Source: Methanomassiliicoccales archaeon (GTDB lineage Archaea > Thermoplasmatota > Thermoplasmata > Methanomassiliicoccales > UBA472). Taken from it: 64,000 bases of DNA. Below, piece after piece: positions 44,829 to 53,677 of the stretch. The position numbers and the translations under genes are program-made. Each line of letters begins with the position of its first letter. Within the stretch, counting starts at the first letter, position 1. The stretch is from the NCBI GenBank assembly GCA_035506675.1, contig DATJOX010000059.1, positions 140,886 to 204,885 of the forward strand, in the 5' to 3' direction. The notes under the pieces were generated by a model. It was not told where the DNA came from, searched no databases, and worked only from the letters and a program-made list of their open reading frames with translations.

Positions 44829-46034
44829 CTAGGAGACGGCAACGAGGACGGCCTCGGGCCAAGGAACGACGTGAATGCTCGGTTCGATCTCGAGCGCGCG
44901 CAGATGCTTCTGATAGAGGTCTTCGGCCGCCTGAGGAAGCATTCCCGAGGCGAGCTTGAGGGCGGTGATGGTGAGCGCGTAGGCAGTCATCTGGGCCGAG
45001 GGATCGTTCTCATCGAGTCGCCCCCTCACCTCTTCGAAGAACTTGACGAAATCGTCCTTGAGGTAGGCGTCCAGCGCGGCCAGTCCCGCCTCCCGGTTCC
45101 CGGCGAGCGTTTGCGACGTGACCGCCTGCATTATCGGCCGCATGCGCGCTATCGCCCAGACGTCCACTCCTTGCATCTGGTCGAACGGAAGGTCGGGGCG
45201 GTCCTTGGTGGTCGTTTGTAGGGTCCTTCCCGCCTTTGCCAGGGCTCCGCGGATCGACGCCTCGGTCCTTCTTTGGCTTATTATGTCGGAGGTCTCATCG
45301 ATGACATGCGACTTGCTCGCGGAAATTGCGCGCTTCAACGAGGACTCGACGCCCTCGCTGTATGCTCCGATCCTCGTCAGGTCAGGCGCCATCCTCAGCA
45401 CCTCCGAGACATAGACCTTGAGCGTGCTCGCCACCCGGTGACGATGCTTGACGAGGTCGAGCGAGGCCGCGATGTCCTGTAGCGCCTCCATCGGCTCGCC
45501 ATCCAACAGCGAGTCCTTCGACGTCTCTGCCAGCGCCTCGATATCGTCGACAGGGATGTCCTTGTTGCGCGCCATCGCGATCAACAGCGCCGTGTTCTCA
45601 TAGAAGGACGCATAGGTCACCGCGTGCATGCCGTTCTTCGACTTGAGAAACTCAACCGCCGCTCGGCGCACCTCGCGATTGGGGTGGGCCAGATTGTCGA
45701 GCACTCCCTTCATCCCGGCGCGCTCCTCGGTCACTTGCTCGAGGATCGCGCGTGCCTCGCGCGCTACCCGCTTGCTATTGTGGAAGTAGCTTTTGAGAAT
45801 GATCGCCGTGATCTCCGCCGGGTCCGTCTTTGCCGTCCTCAGCAGCTTGCGCCTGAACCTGTCCCTCTCCATCGGCAAGCGCAGCGCTCTTGGAAGTCCC
45901 GCTTCGAGGCGGGCAAGCTGCCTGCGCCGTTTCGCGGCCGCTGCAGAATACCCCTCTCCGTCCATCCCGTCCCATTCCTGAATGGAATATTGGATTAAAA
46001 TCGTTTTGCCGATGTCACTGGCGCGGCCCGACAT
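44829..46034 (-). CDS. Hypothetical all-alpha protein with a HEAT-like repeat
   Basis: 401 aa with an ATG start. It reads as helical throughout. One clear HEAT/PBS-lyase-type motif (LAHPNREVRRAAVEFLKSK). No other family recognised. Confidence 0.55.
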   Translation of the reverse strand: MSGRASDIGKTILIQYSIQEWDGMDGEGYSAAAAKRRRQLARLEAGLPRALRLPMERDRFRRKLLRTAKTDPAEITAIILKSYFHNSKRVAREARAILEQVTEERAGMKGVLDNLAHPNREVRRAAVEFLKSKNGMHAVTYASFYENTALLIAMARNKDIPVDDIEALAETSKDSLLDGEPMEALQDIAASLDLVKHRHRVASTLKVYVSEVLRMAPDLTRIGAYSEGVESSLKRAISASKSHVIDETSDIISQRRTEASIRGALAKAGRTLQTTTKDRPDLPFDQMQGVDVWAIARMRPIMQAVTSQTLAGNREAGLAALDAYLKDDFVKFFEEVRGRLDENDPSAQMTAYALTITALKLASGMLPQAAEDLYQKHLRALEIEPSIHVVPWPEAVLVAVS

Positions 46035-46046
46035 CTGGGTCGCAAG

Positions 46047-46054
46047 TTTTTTAT
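46047..46054 (+). promoter_or_regulatory. TATA box (TTTTTTAT) in the 70-nt divergent region before the Roadblock gene
   Basis: The only A/T block between 46034 and 46106. It is about 55 nt upstream of the ATG at 46106, with GAAGGAAGG between them. Confidence 0.35.
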
Positions 46055-46105
46055 GTCTCCGCCGGTATGGTCAGCAACTGGGTAACGAAGGAAGGGCACT
46101 GGCAG

Positions 46106-46465
46106 ATGGGAGAGCTGACTCAGGTCCGGACTATTCTGGAAGAAATAAAGCGAATCGAGCACGTTCAGGACGTGTCCCTGGTGTCTCGTAGCGGCATGTA
46201 CATCCTTGGGGAGAGCCCGAAGGGAGTGCATCAGGAGACGTACGCCGCGATGTCTGGAATCCTAGTGGGAGCGGCGGAGACCACCGCGGCGGAGATGAAA
46301 GACCTGCTGCGCAACGTCATGGTCAAGCTGAACGGCCGGAGCCTGCTCCTCGTGGCCACCAACGGGCGGTACATTTTCGCGATCACCACCGACGACAAGG
46401 CGGACCTCGACAAGGTCTACAAGGAAGCGTCCGTCCTCGCGCAGAAAGCGGACCTGGACTTCTAG
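46106..46465 (+). CDS. Roadblock/LC7 (MglB-like) domain protein
   Basis: 119 aa from the ATG at 46106; the ATG at 46067 is also possible. ILEEIKRIEHVQDVSLVSRSGMYIL...AAMSGILVGAAE...LLLVATNGRYIFAI is the typical Robl_LC7 pattern. Confidence 0.75.
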   Translation: MGELTQVRTILEEIKRIEHVQDVSLVSRSGMYILGESPKGVHQETYAAMSGILVGAAETTAAEMKDLLRNVMVKLNGRSLLLVATNGRYIFAITTDDKADLDKVYKEASVLAQKADLDF

Positions 46466-47128
46466 CTACAATCGTCTGAAGCCCCTCGCGCCCCATTGGC
46501 CGATGGCCTTGATTCCGTACCGGAATGTCTCCCGGAACAGTCTTCCGTGCCCGCCTAGTCGAACGTTCTTGCGCAGTAACGAGGCCACGATCGCATCCGC
46601 GTCCGTGCAGTCGCTAGGGAAGTCGCAGAAGGCGGAGCCTACAAGCTCTGGTCGATGCGCGTCCGAACCGCCGGTCGTCGGCAGGTCCAATTCCACCGCC
46701 AGAAGCTGACCGCGACGGTTGCTGCGATCGGTATTCCGCCCGTTCATGGTCTCCAGCGCATCGAACCTGTTGGCCCTGATGACGTCCGCCCCCAGCCCGG
46801 ACCAGAACCGGAATGGATGGGCCGCCACCGCGATCCCGCCTCGGTCATGAACCAGGTCGATCGTCTCCGCGGCGGAGCGGTCCCTAGGGACCGCCTCGCT
46901 GATGTTGTAGGCAAGGATGTGCCCGTCCGCCGAAGTGATCTCCATGGCGGGCACGATGATCAAGCCAGGGAGCTTCAGACGCAGCGCCTCTTCCGAGCCC
47001 CGCAGCGAATTGTGGTCCGTGATGGCCACGACGCCGATCCCTCTCGCCCGGCACGCCTCGAGCAACTGCTCCACGCTCTGCGGCGAGTCGCCCGAGTGGC
47101 TCGAGTGCGTGTGCAGGTCGGCCTTCAT
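46466..47128 (-). CDS. PHP-domain metal-dependent phosphoesterase
   Basis: 220 aa. ADLHTHSSHS...VVAITDHN...GGSDAH motifs. ATGA overlap with the metG stop. Confidence 0.85.
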   Translation of the reverse strand: MKADLHTHSSHSGDSPQSVEQLLEACRARGIGVVAITDHNSLRGSEEALRLKLPGLIIVPAMEITSADGHILAYNISEAVPRDRSAAETIDLVHDRGGIAVAAHPFRFWSGLGADVIRANRFDALETMNGRNTDRSNRRGQLLAVELDLPTTGGSDAHRPELVGSAFCDFPSDCTDADAIVASLLRKNVRLGGHGRLFRETFRYGIKAIGQWGARGFRRL

Positions 47129-49335
47129 CTCACTGGAGCCCCGTCCTCGATCTCCCCGTCGACCGTAATCGCCACGCCGGTGCTCGTGACCAGCGGAAGC
47201 GCGACCTGCGCGTCGGGAGTCGGAAGGTAGACAGCGACCTTGCCGGAGACAGATGCACCCTTCGGCGCCTTCAGCTCCACCTCACGCCCAATGGTCACTT
47301 TCCCGTTGCTCGCAGTGCCGATGCGAAGGGTGAGCTTCTGGAAGTCGGAGAACGAGATCTGCTTCTCGCCCTGGGCCATGCCGCTGTTCACGGGATCGCC
47401 TGGGTTCGATGCGCCCGAGGGGGTGAGCACCTTGACCTTGCCGCCGGACTCGGCCGCGAGCAACATCCCCATGGACTCGACGCCTCGCAGCTTCGCGGGC
47501 TGGAGGTTGCTGACGACCACGATGCTCTTCCCTTTGAGCTCTTCGCCGGGGTAGTACGCCCGCAATCCCGCCACGAGCTGGATCTTCGTCCCGATGTCGA
47601 CGTCGATCACCAGCAGCTTCTCTGCGTTCGGGTGCGGTCGGACCTCTAGCACCTTTCCCACCTTGAGGTTGAGCGCCTCGAACCCCTTGAAAACATCGTC
47701 CATTTTCTCCACCACCATCCTGTTGAACAAAGGCTTCGGCTCTGGTAGCGCTGTCCCCGCGACGAGCGGTCTATCCATCCAGGCCAGTCCCATCAGGTAC
47801 ATACCTTCTTTCTCGCCCAGCTGAGCCCACAGTCTTTCCGAAGAGAATGGCAGGAAGGCGTGGGATAGGAGGGCGAGCGCCCTCACGATCCTGAGGTTGA
47901 GATTCAGGGCGGCACCGCACTTCTCGCGGTCGGTCTTGACCAGCGCCCAGGGAGCCATCCGATCGAAGAACTGGTTGCCGAACTGGGCGAGGTCCATCAC
48001 CGCCTTGAGCGCAGGCTTGAACTGACAACCAGAGATCGACTCGTCGACCTGCTGGCGGCAGCGAGAGATGGCCTCAGCGACCATGCGCTCCTCTTCCCCG
48101 AAGCCGACGAATGTCGGAACGCTCCCGAAGTTCTTGTGAGTGAAGCTGAGAACTCGGTGATAGTAGTTGCCGAGCGTCGCCACCAGCTCATTGTTCACCT
48201 TCGCCTCGAAGTCATCTAGCGAGAAGTCAGTGTCTCGGTTCTCGGGCATGTTGGAGGCGATGTAGTAGCGGATGACGTCCGGGTCGAAACGCTCTACCAA
48301 GGAGGGCACGTCCACGCCTACCCCGCGACTCTTCGAGAACGCCTCTCCCTTGAACGTCAGGAACTCGTTGGCGGGCACATCGTACGGCAGGTTCAGACCT
48401 CCGTACCCCATGAGCATCGACGGCCAGATTATCGTGTGGAAGGGGATGTTGTCCTTCCCGAGGAAGTAATAGCCCTTCGTTTCAGGGTCCTGCCAGAATC
48501 CCTTCCAGGCATCGGGCGTTCCTCTAAGCTTGGCCCACTCCTTCGAGGCTGAAAGATATCCGATCACGGCCTCGAACCAGACGTAGATGACCTTGCCGTC
48601 CCAACCCTCGAGCGGCACTGGCACACCCCACGACATATCTCTCGTGATCGCTCGGTCCTTGAGCCCCGCCTCGAGCCAGTTCTGCGTGAACACCTTCACG
48701 TTCGAGCGCCAGTGGTCCATTCCTTGCACGTATCTCAAGAGCGGCTCCTGGAACGCGCTGAGCTTGAAGAAGAAGTGCTCGGTCTCGCGGAGCTCGGGGG
48801 CTGTTCCGCAAGTCGTGCAGCGTACGCCATCCAGTTCTCCTGCCTCATAGGTCGCGCCGCACTTCTCGCATTGATCCCCGCGCGCTCGTTCGTTGCCGCA
48901 GCGCTTGCACGTGCCCTCGACGTAGCGGTCGGGAAGGAACTTGGCTTCCTTGGGGCAGAAGTATTGCATCGTCCCCTTCTTGTAGAGGTAATCGTTTTCC
49001 AGTAGCGTCCGGAAAACGTCGTGTACGACCTCGTAGTGGTGCGGGTTGTGGGTCTTGGTGAACAGGTCGAATTGGATGCCGAGGTCTCTGATGGCCTTGG
49101 AATTGATGCGGTGGTAGCGCTCCGCGATCTCCTCCGCGCTCACCCCTTCCTTCTCCGCCTTGACCGTCACGGGCGTGCCATGCTGGTCCGAGCCGGAGAC
49201 CATGAGCACCTCGTCTCCCTTCAATCGGTGGTATCGGGCGAAGATGTCCGGCCCAAGTAGCGAGCCCGCGATATGACCGAGATGGAGGGCCCCGTTCGCG
49301 TAGGGCCAAGCCGCGCATACCAGCACTCTTGCCAT
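47125..49335 (-). CDS. metG: Methionyl-tRNA synthetase with a C-terminal tRNA-binding (Trbp111/EMAP-like) domain
   Basis: 736 aa. HIGH (HLGH), a Zn knuckle (CKRCG...CEKCG), KMSKS-like (KFSKS) and an OB-fold tRNA-binding domain (LKVGKVLEV...HPNAEKLLV). Confidence 0.93.
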   Translation of the reverse strand: MARVLVCAAWPYANGALHLGHIAGSLLGPDIFARYHRLKGDEVLMVSGSDQHGTPVTVKAEKEGVSAEEIAERYHRINSKAIRDLGIQFDLFTKTHNPHHYEVVHDVFRTLLENDYLYKKGTMQYFCPKEAKFLPDRYVEGTCKRCGNERARGDQCEKCGATYEAGELDGVRCTTCGTAPELRETEHFFFKLSAFQEPLLRYVQGMDHWRSNVKVFTQNWLEAGLKDRAITRDMSWGVPVPLEGWDGKVIYVWFEAVIGYLSASKEWAKLRGTPDAWKGFWQDPETKGYYFLGKDNIPFHTIIWPSMLMGYGGLNLPYDVPANEFLTFKGEAFSKSRGVGVDVPSLVERFDPDVIRYYIASNMPENRDTDFSLDDFEAKVNNELVATLGNYYHRVLSFTHKNFGSVPTFVGFGEEERMVAEAISRCRQQVDESISGCQFKPALKAVMDLAQFGNQFFDRMAPWALVKTDREKCGAALNLNLRIVRALALLSHAFLPFSSERLWAQLGEKEGMYLMGLAWMDRPLVAGTALPEPKPLFNRMVVEKMDDVFKGFEALNLKVGKVLEVRPHPNAEKLLVIDVDIGTKIQLVAGLRAYYPGEELKGKSIVVVSNLQPAKLRGVESMGMLLAAESGGKVKVLTPSGASNPGDPVNSGMAQGEKQISFSDFQKLTLRIGTASNGKVTIGREVELKAPKGASVSGKVAVYLPTPDAQVALPLVTSTGVAITVDGEIEDGAPVR

Positions 49336-49391
49336 TGTATCGGCTGCAAATAGTGGAAGTTGGATTTAATGCTTGACGGCTGGCGCCACCC

Positions 49392-50948
49392 CTAAGCGTG
49401 CCCCTGCAGATCGGACTCCTGAGGCATGCCGATGGGCACCTCGCGGCTCTGCCTCTTCGCCTCCTCCCAGTACGCGATGTTGTTTACGCAGCCCGGGTCA
49501 GGGCCGAGCGGGTCATCGAAGTAGGCGATCGCGCGCGCTCTGCAACCACCGCAGATGTAGCGGTTCTCGCACTCGGGGCAATGACCTTTGAGCAGGTCCT
49601 TGTCGCGCAGGTCCTGGAGCAGCTCGTTCTGCCTCCAAATCGCTTCGAAATCGTCACGGACCAGATTACCTACGCGGAGCTGCGGGGTGTGCGGGAAGAA
49701 GACACATGGATAGACGTCCCCGTTCGGCTCTACGGCCAAATAGAAACGACCGGCGCCGCAGCCGCCGATGAAGTCGGACAGCGCACCCATCCGGTCGTTC
49801 TCCAGAGCCACGTTGTAGAAGTGCGTCGGCACCACCAGCTCCCCCGAACCGGCCGAGAGCTTCTTCGCCACGGGTGCGTACTGAGGTGCGGTGGAGAGCA
49901 CCTGCATCGCCTCGCAGTTCGCTGCGAAAGCGGTCTCCAACGCCGCCCTGCGCTCGTGCGGGCTCAGGTCCATGTCGATCATCTCCTTTCCCCGGCCGGT
50001 CGGGATGAAGTTGTAGAGCATGCACCACTTCGCTCCGAGACCGCGACTGAAATCGAGCATACCAGGCAGCTCGGCGCGGTTGTGATTGGTGACCGTGGTC
50101 GAGATGCAGGTGGTGACCCCTTCGGCCACGCAATTCTTCACCGCCGTGACCGCCGCGTTCCACGAGCCCGAAACGCCTCGGAACCCATCATGCACCTCCG
50201 CCGACAGCCCATCGATGCTTATCTGCGCGAACCCGAGTCCAGCGGCCTTGAACCGAGCGACCGTCTCCCGATCCGAGAACCTCACCCCATTGGTCGCGAT
50301 GGAGACGTAAAGGCCCGCGTCCTTCGCGTGACCTATGAAATCGAGGATCGAAGGATGGAGCGTGGGCTCGCCGCCGCTGAATGCGAGCGAGGAAACGTTC
50401 GCCCTGGAGATGACGTCGATGCCCCTGAGCACGTCCTCGTCCTTGAGCTCGTCCGCGCCGCGACGCCCTGCGTTCTCGTAGCAATGCTTGCACTTCAGAT
50501 TGCACGCACGAGTGATGTTCCACACCACTTGGAACGGCGCGCCCGGCACGAACGGCCTTCGAACTCCGAAGTCCGAGAGCCCGGTCATGACGTTCACTAG
50601 TCCCTTCTTCCAGTAGGGGTCGGCAAGCTGTTTGCGCACGTCCGCTTCCTCGACCCCGAAAGCCTTCGCGCCCCTCTTGATGAGCATCGAGGCGAGCCGG
50701 GAGGTGAAGCGACAGGACGTACAGGCGCTCTCCCTCTCGCCGCTGAGAAGATCCAATCCGACCTCGATCTTGCGCCCGCCGTCGCGGTGACAGTAGGCGG
50801 TCGCGCGTCTGAGCATGAACCTCGAGAAGGGGTTCTCGACAACGCTTTCGAAGGTGCCGAGAACGTCGCTCATCGAACCGTCCTTCGATTCCGTGTCGTG
50901 CCCGAGCTGAGTGGCGACGGTGTTGTCGGTATCTTCCGAACTCGACAT
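49392..50948 (-). CDS. Radical SAM/SPASM-domain protein (AhbD/NirJ/anSME-like) with an N-terminal extension
   Basis: 518 aa. CxxxCxxC (CNLKCKHCY) at about residue 140, a GGEP motif, and a C-terminal SPASM Cys cluster (GGCGAG...PCVF...CPECENRYICGGCRA). Confidence 0.8.
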   Translation of the reverse strand: MSSSEDTDNTVATQLGHDTESKDGSMSDVLGTFESVVENPFSRFMLRRATAYCHRDGGRKIEVGLDLLSGERESACTSCRFTSRLASMLIKRGAKAFGVEEADVRKQLADPYWKKGLVNVMTGLSDFGVRRPFVPGAPFQVVWNITRACNLKCKHCYENAGRRGADELKDEDVLRGIDVISRANVSSLAFSGGEPTLHPSILDFIGHAKDAGLYVSIATNGVRFSDRETVARFKAAGLGFAQISIDGLSAEVHDGFRGVSGSWNAAVTAVKNCVAEGVTTCISTTVTNHNRAELPGMLDFSRGLGAKWCMLYNFIPTGRGKEMIDMDLSPHERRAALETAFAANCEAMQVLSTAPQYAPVAKKLSAGSGELVVPTHFYNVALENDRMGALSDFIGGCGAGRFYLAVEPNGDVYPCVFFPHTPQLRVGNLVRDDFEAIWRQNELLQDLRDKDLLKGHCPECENRYICGGCRARAIAYFDDPLGPDPGCVNNIAYWEEAKRQSREVPIGMPQESDLQGHA

Positions 50949-51140
50949 CTGCCGCGCTCCTGAGCAGGCCTAGGGGCACTTGCCCAAGGCCCGCCTTCAA
51001 AGCGTTTAGGTCTCAGCATCCCCTATTTAATCCTCACGCGTCGACGCGGCGGATTTGCCAAGCTCCGAACAAACCGACTTGACGAAGCCAGACGTGCAAC
51101 TGCGCGAGCCTTCCCAGCTCAGTCCCGCGTCTCAATCACC

Positions 51141-51147
51141 TTTTTAT
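51141..51147 (+). promoter_or_regulatory. TATA box (TTTTTAT) about 28 nt upstream of the ABCE1 ATG
   Basis: An A/T heptamer whose spacing implies a leaderless mRNA starting at or near 51172. Confidence 0.45.
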
Positions 51148-51171
51148 CGGACCTCACAGTTGCTCAGCCGT

Positions 51172-52941
51172 ATGCGGATAGCCGCCCTGCTGAAGGACCG
51201 TTGCCAACCCAAGAAGTGCAACTCCGAGTGCCTGCGATACTGCCCTAAGGTTCGCACCGGAGTGCAGACGATCGTCATCGGCGAGAAGGGCAAGCCGGAG
51301 ATAACGGAGCAGCTCTGCGCCGGCTGCGGCATCTGCGTGCACAAGTGTCCCTTCGAAGCCATAAAGATCATCGGGCTGCCGGACGAGCTCGAGGGCGAGA
51401 TCGTCCATCAGTATGGCCTGAACGGCTTCCGCCTCTATCGGCTTCCAGTGCCGAAGAGCGGGCTCGTGACCGGAGTCCTCGGCCCGAACGGAATAGGGAA
51501 GTCGACGTCGTTCCGATTGCTGTCGGGTCAGGAGATTCCGAACCTGGGCAAATATGATGCCCCGCCGACGAAGGATGACGTGCTCATGCGCTACGCCGGT
51601 ACCGAACTGGGCGATTATCTCAAGCACGTCTACGACGGCAAGGTGAGCACAGCGGTCAAGCCACAGTATGTCGACAAGCTCCCAGGGGTGCACAAGGGAG
51701 TTGTACGTGAGCTGCTCGGAAAGGTCACCGATCGCATGACGATCAAGGAGGCGGCCGAGCTCCTCGAGCTCTCCGACGTCGTCGACCGCCCATTGAACGA
51801 GCTGTCCGGAGGAGAGCTTCAAAGGGTCGCCATCGCCGCGACGATGATGAAGGATGCGGACGTGTATTTCTTTGACGAGCCTTCGTCATATCTGGACATC
51901 TATCAAAGGATCAAGATCGCGAGGCTCATCCAGTCTCTGAGCGAGCGCAAGCAGGTCGTAGTGATCGAGCACGACATCGCGGTTCTCGATTTCCTCGCGG
52001 ACAACGTGTATCTGGTCTACGGCAGCGAAGGTGCGTTCGGGGTCTACGCCCAGCCGAGACAGGTGCGGGTCGCGATCAACACCTACCTGGATGGCTATAT
52101 GAGGGAGGAGAACATCCGCTTCCGCGAGTACCCGATAGTCTTCGAGGACAGACCGCCCAGGGACCAGTGGCAGACCGTCAACCTCCTCGAGTACCCGCAG
52201 ATCGAATGCCTATATCCGAGCTTCCGGCTGAGGGTGGAGCCCGGGGCGATACGGGTGGGAGAGTCGGTCGGGGTCGTTGGCCCGAACGCGATCGGGAAGA
52301 CGACGTTCGTAAAGGTGCTTGCGGGGGCGATCGAGCCGTCTTCTGGCGAGGTGCAGAAGAACGTCGCCGTCAGCTACAAGCCACAATACATCAACCCCGA
52401 GTTCGACGGCACGGTCAGCGAGCTGTTCTACACGACCGTCAAGGACTTTTTCCAATCCAGCTTCTTCGAGTCCGAGATTGCGCATCCATTGACGCTGAAG
52501 AACCTCTACGAGAAGAGCCTCGTCAACCTGTCTGGAGGGGAGTTGCAGCGAGTCGCGATTGCGCTCTGCCTCGCGAGGGAAGCGGACGTGTACCTCCTGG
52601 ACGAGCCTTCCGCGTACCTGGACTCCAACCAGCGGATGGAGGCGGCAAAGACCATCAGGAGAGTGATGGAGAAGCGGGGCCGCAGCGCGCTCGTCGTCGA
52701 CCACGACACCTACTTCCTCGACATGGTCTCGGACTCGATGATGGTGTTCTCCGGCGTCCCGGGACGAGAGGGGATCGGTCAGGGGCCGTTCGACATGCGC
52801 CAAGGGATGAACATGTTCCTGCGCTCCGTTGACGTCACCTTCCGCCGTGACAACGATACCAATCGCCCGCGAATCAACAAGCCCGGCTCCCGTTTGGACA
52901 AGGAGCAGAAGGAGAAGGGCGAGTACTACTACTCCGCCTGA
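51172..52941 (+). CDS. ABCE1 / RNase L inhibitor-type ribosome recycling ATPase
   Basis: 589 aa from the ATG at 51172 (MRIAALLKDRCQPKKCNSECLRYCP...). N-terminal 2x[4Fe-4S] domain, two ABC cassettes (GPNGIGKST, LSGGELQR twice). Confidence 0.93.
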   Translation: MRIAALLKDRCQPKKCNSECLRYCPKVRTGVQTIVIGEKGKPEITEQLCAGCGICVHKCPFEAIKIIGLPDELEGEIVHQYGLNGFRLYRLPVPKSGLVTGVLGPNGIGKSTSFRLLSGQEIPNLGKYDAPPTKDDVLMRYAGTELGDYLKHVYDGKVSTAVKPQYVDKLPGVHKGVVRELLGKVTDRMTIKEAAELLELSDVVDRPLNELSGGELQRVAIAATMMKDADVYFFDEPSSYLDIYQRIKIARLIQSLSERKQVVVIEHDIAVLDFLADNVYLVYGSEGAFGVYAQPRQVRVAINTYLDGYMREENIRFREYPIVFEDRPPRDQWQTVNLLEYPQIECLYPSFRLRVEPGAIRVGESVGVVGPNAIGKTTFVKVLAGAIEPSSGEVQKNVAVSYKPQYINPEFDGTVSELFYTTVKDFFQSSFFESEIAHPLTLKNLYEKSLVNLSGGELQRVAIALCLAREADVYLLDEPSAYLDSNQRMEAAKTIRRVMEKRGRSALVVDHDTYFLDMVSDSMMVFSGVPGREGIGQGPFDMRQGMNMFLRSVDVTFRRDNDTNRPRINKPGSRLDKEQKEKGEYYYSA

Positions 52942-53567
52942 TCCTTCTCCTTTTGTCGGTTCCTGCGCCTATTCCTCCGCGAGTAGAAGAAGTAGGCGAC
53001 GGCCGCGACGAGCGCGACGACGACCAGGATCTCGAACTCTTGGAATGAGCCCTCGAGGGATTGCCAATTCTCTCCTAGGACGTAACCGATGTAGGCGAGC
53101 AAGGCGCACCAGGGGAGTGACCCCAGGGTGCTCAGCGTCACGAAACGCCAGAACGGCATCTTTGCGATCCCCGCGGGAAGCGAGATGAACGTGCGGACGA
53201 TGGGAAGAAGGCGGCTCCCGAACACCGCCCAATCGCCATACTTCTTGAACCAGCGCTCGGTCGCGTCGACGTGACCTTGGTTCAGAAAGAGGTACTTGCC
53301 GTACCTGGTGATGAACGGCCTTCCGCCCTTCTCGCCGATCTTGTAGGCCACCACCGACCCTAAGGTGCAACCCACCGTTCCGGCGACAACCACCAGCACG
53401 AGGTTGAACCCGCCGTTGAAGGCTAGCCAGCCGGCGAAGGGCATGACCACCTCGCTCGGGATGGGCAGGCAGGCGCTCTCCAAGCCCATGAGGAGGACCA
53501 GCCCCGGATAGCCGAGACCCGAGATGATGTTCTTTATCACCTCGACCCCCCAAGCGATGATGTCCAT
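52929..53567 (-). CDS. DedA-family (SNARE-associated) membrane protein
   Basis: 212 aa from the ATG at 53567. GYPGLVLLMGLESACLPIPSEVVMPFAG, RLLPIVRTFISLPAG. Confidence 0.85.
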   Translation of the reverse strand: MDIIAWGVEVIKNIISGLGYPGLVLLMGLESACLPIPSEVVMPFAGWLAFNGGFNLVLVVVAGTVGCTLGSVVAYKIGEKGGRPFITRYGKYLFLNQGHVDATERWFKKYGDWAVFGSRLLPIVRTFISLPAGIAKMPFWRFVTLSTLGSLPWCALLAYIGYVLGENWQSLEGSFQEFEILVVVALVAAVAYFFYSRRNRRRNRQKEKDQAE

Positions 53568-53677
53568 TGCTGGTGCAACAGCGTTCTTGTTTAAGCAACT
53601 TGGGGAGTGCCTGGCAACGAACACTCGCTGAGCCAGAAAGGAATTCTATTTAAGGGTGCGAGGGTTTCCTACCCCAG

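Noticed and set aside
51024-51048. The perfect 12-bp palindrome CGCGTCGACGCG (51037-51048) next to a TATTTAA box in the rSAM/ABCE1 divergent region. Considered as an operator, or as the promoter of a plus-strand sRNA ending at the T-run at 51141.
   Set aside because: A single GC-rich palindrome of this length can arise by chance in high-GC DNA. The TATTTAA box is equally explained as the rSAM promoter with a ~50-nt leader, and the T-run as the ABCE1 TATA box. Transcript data would be needed to decide.
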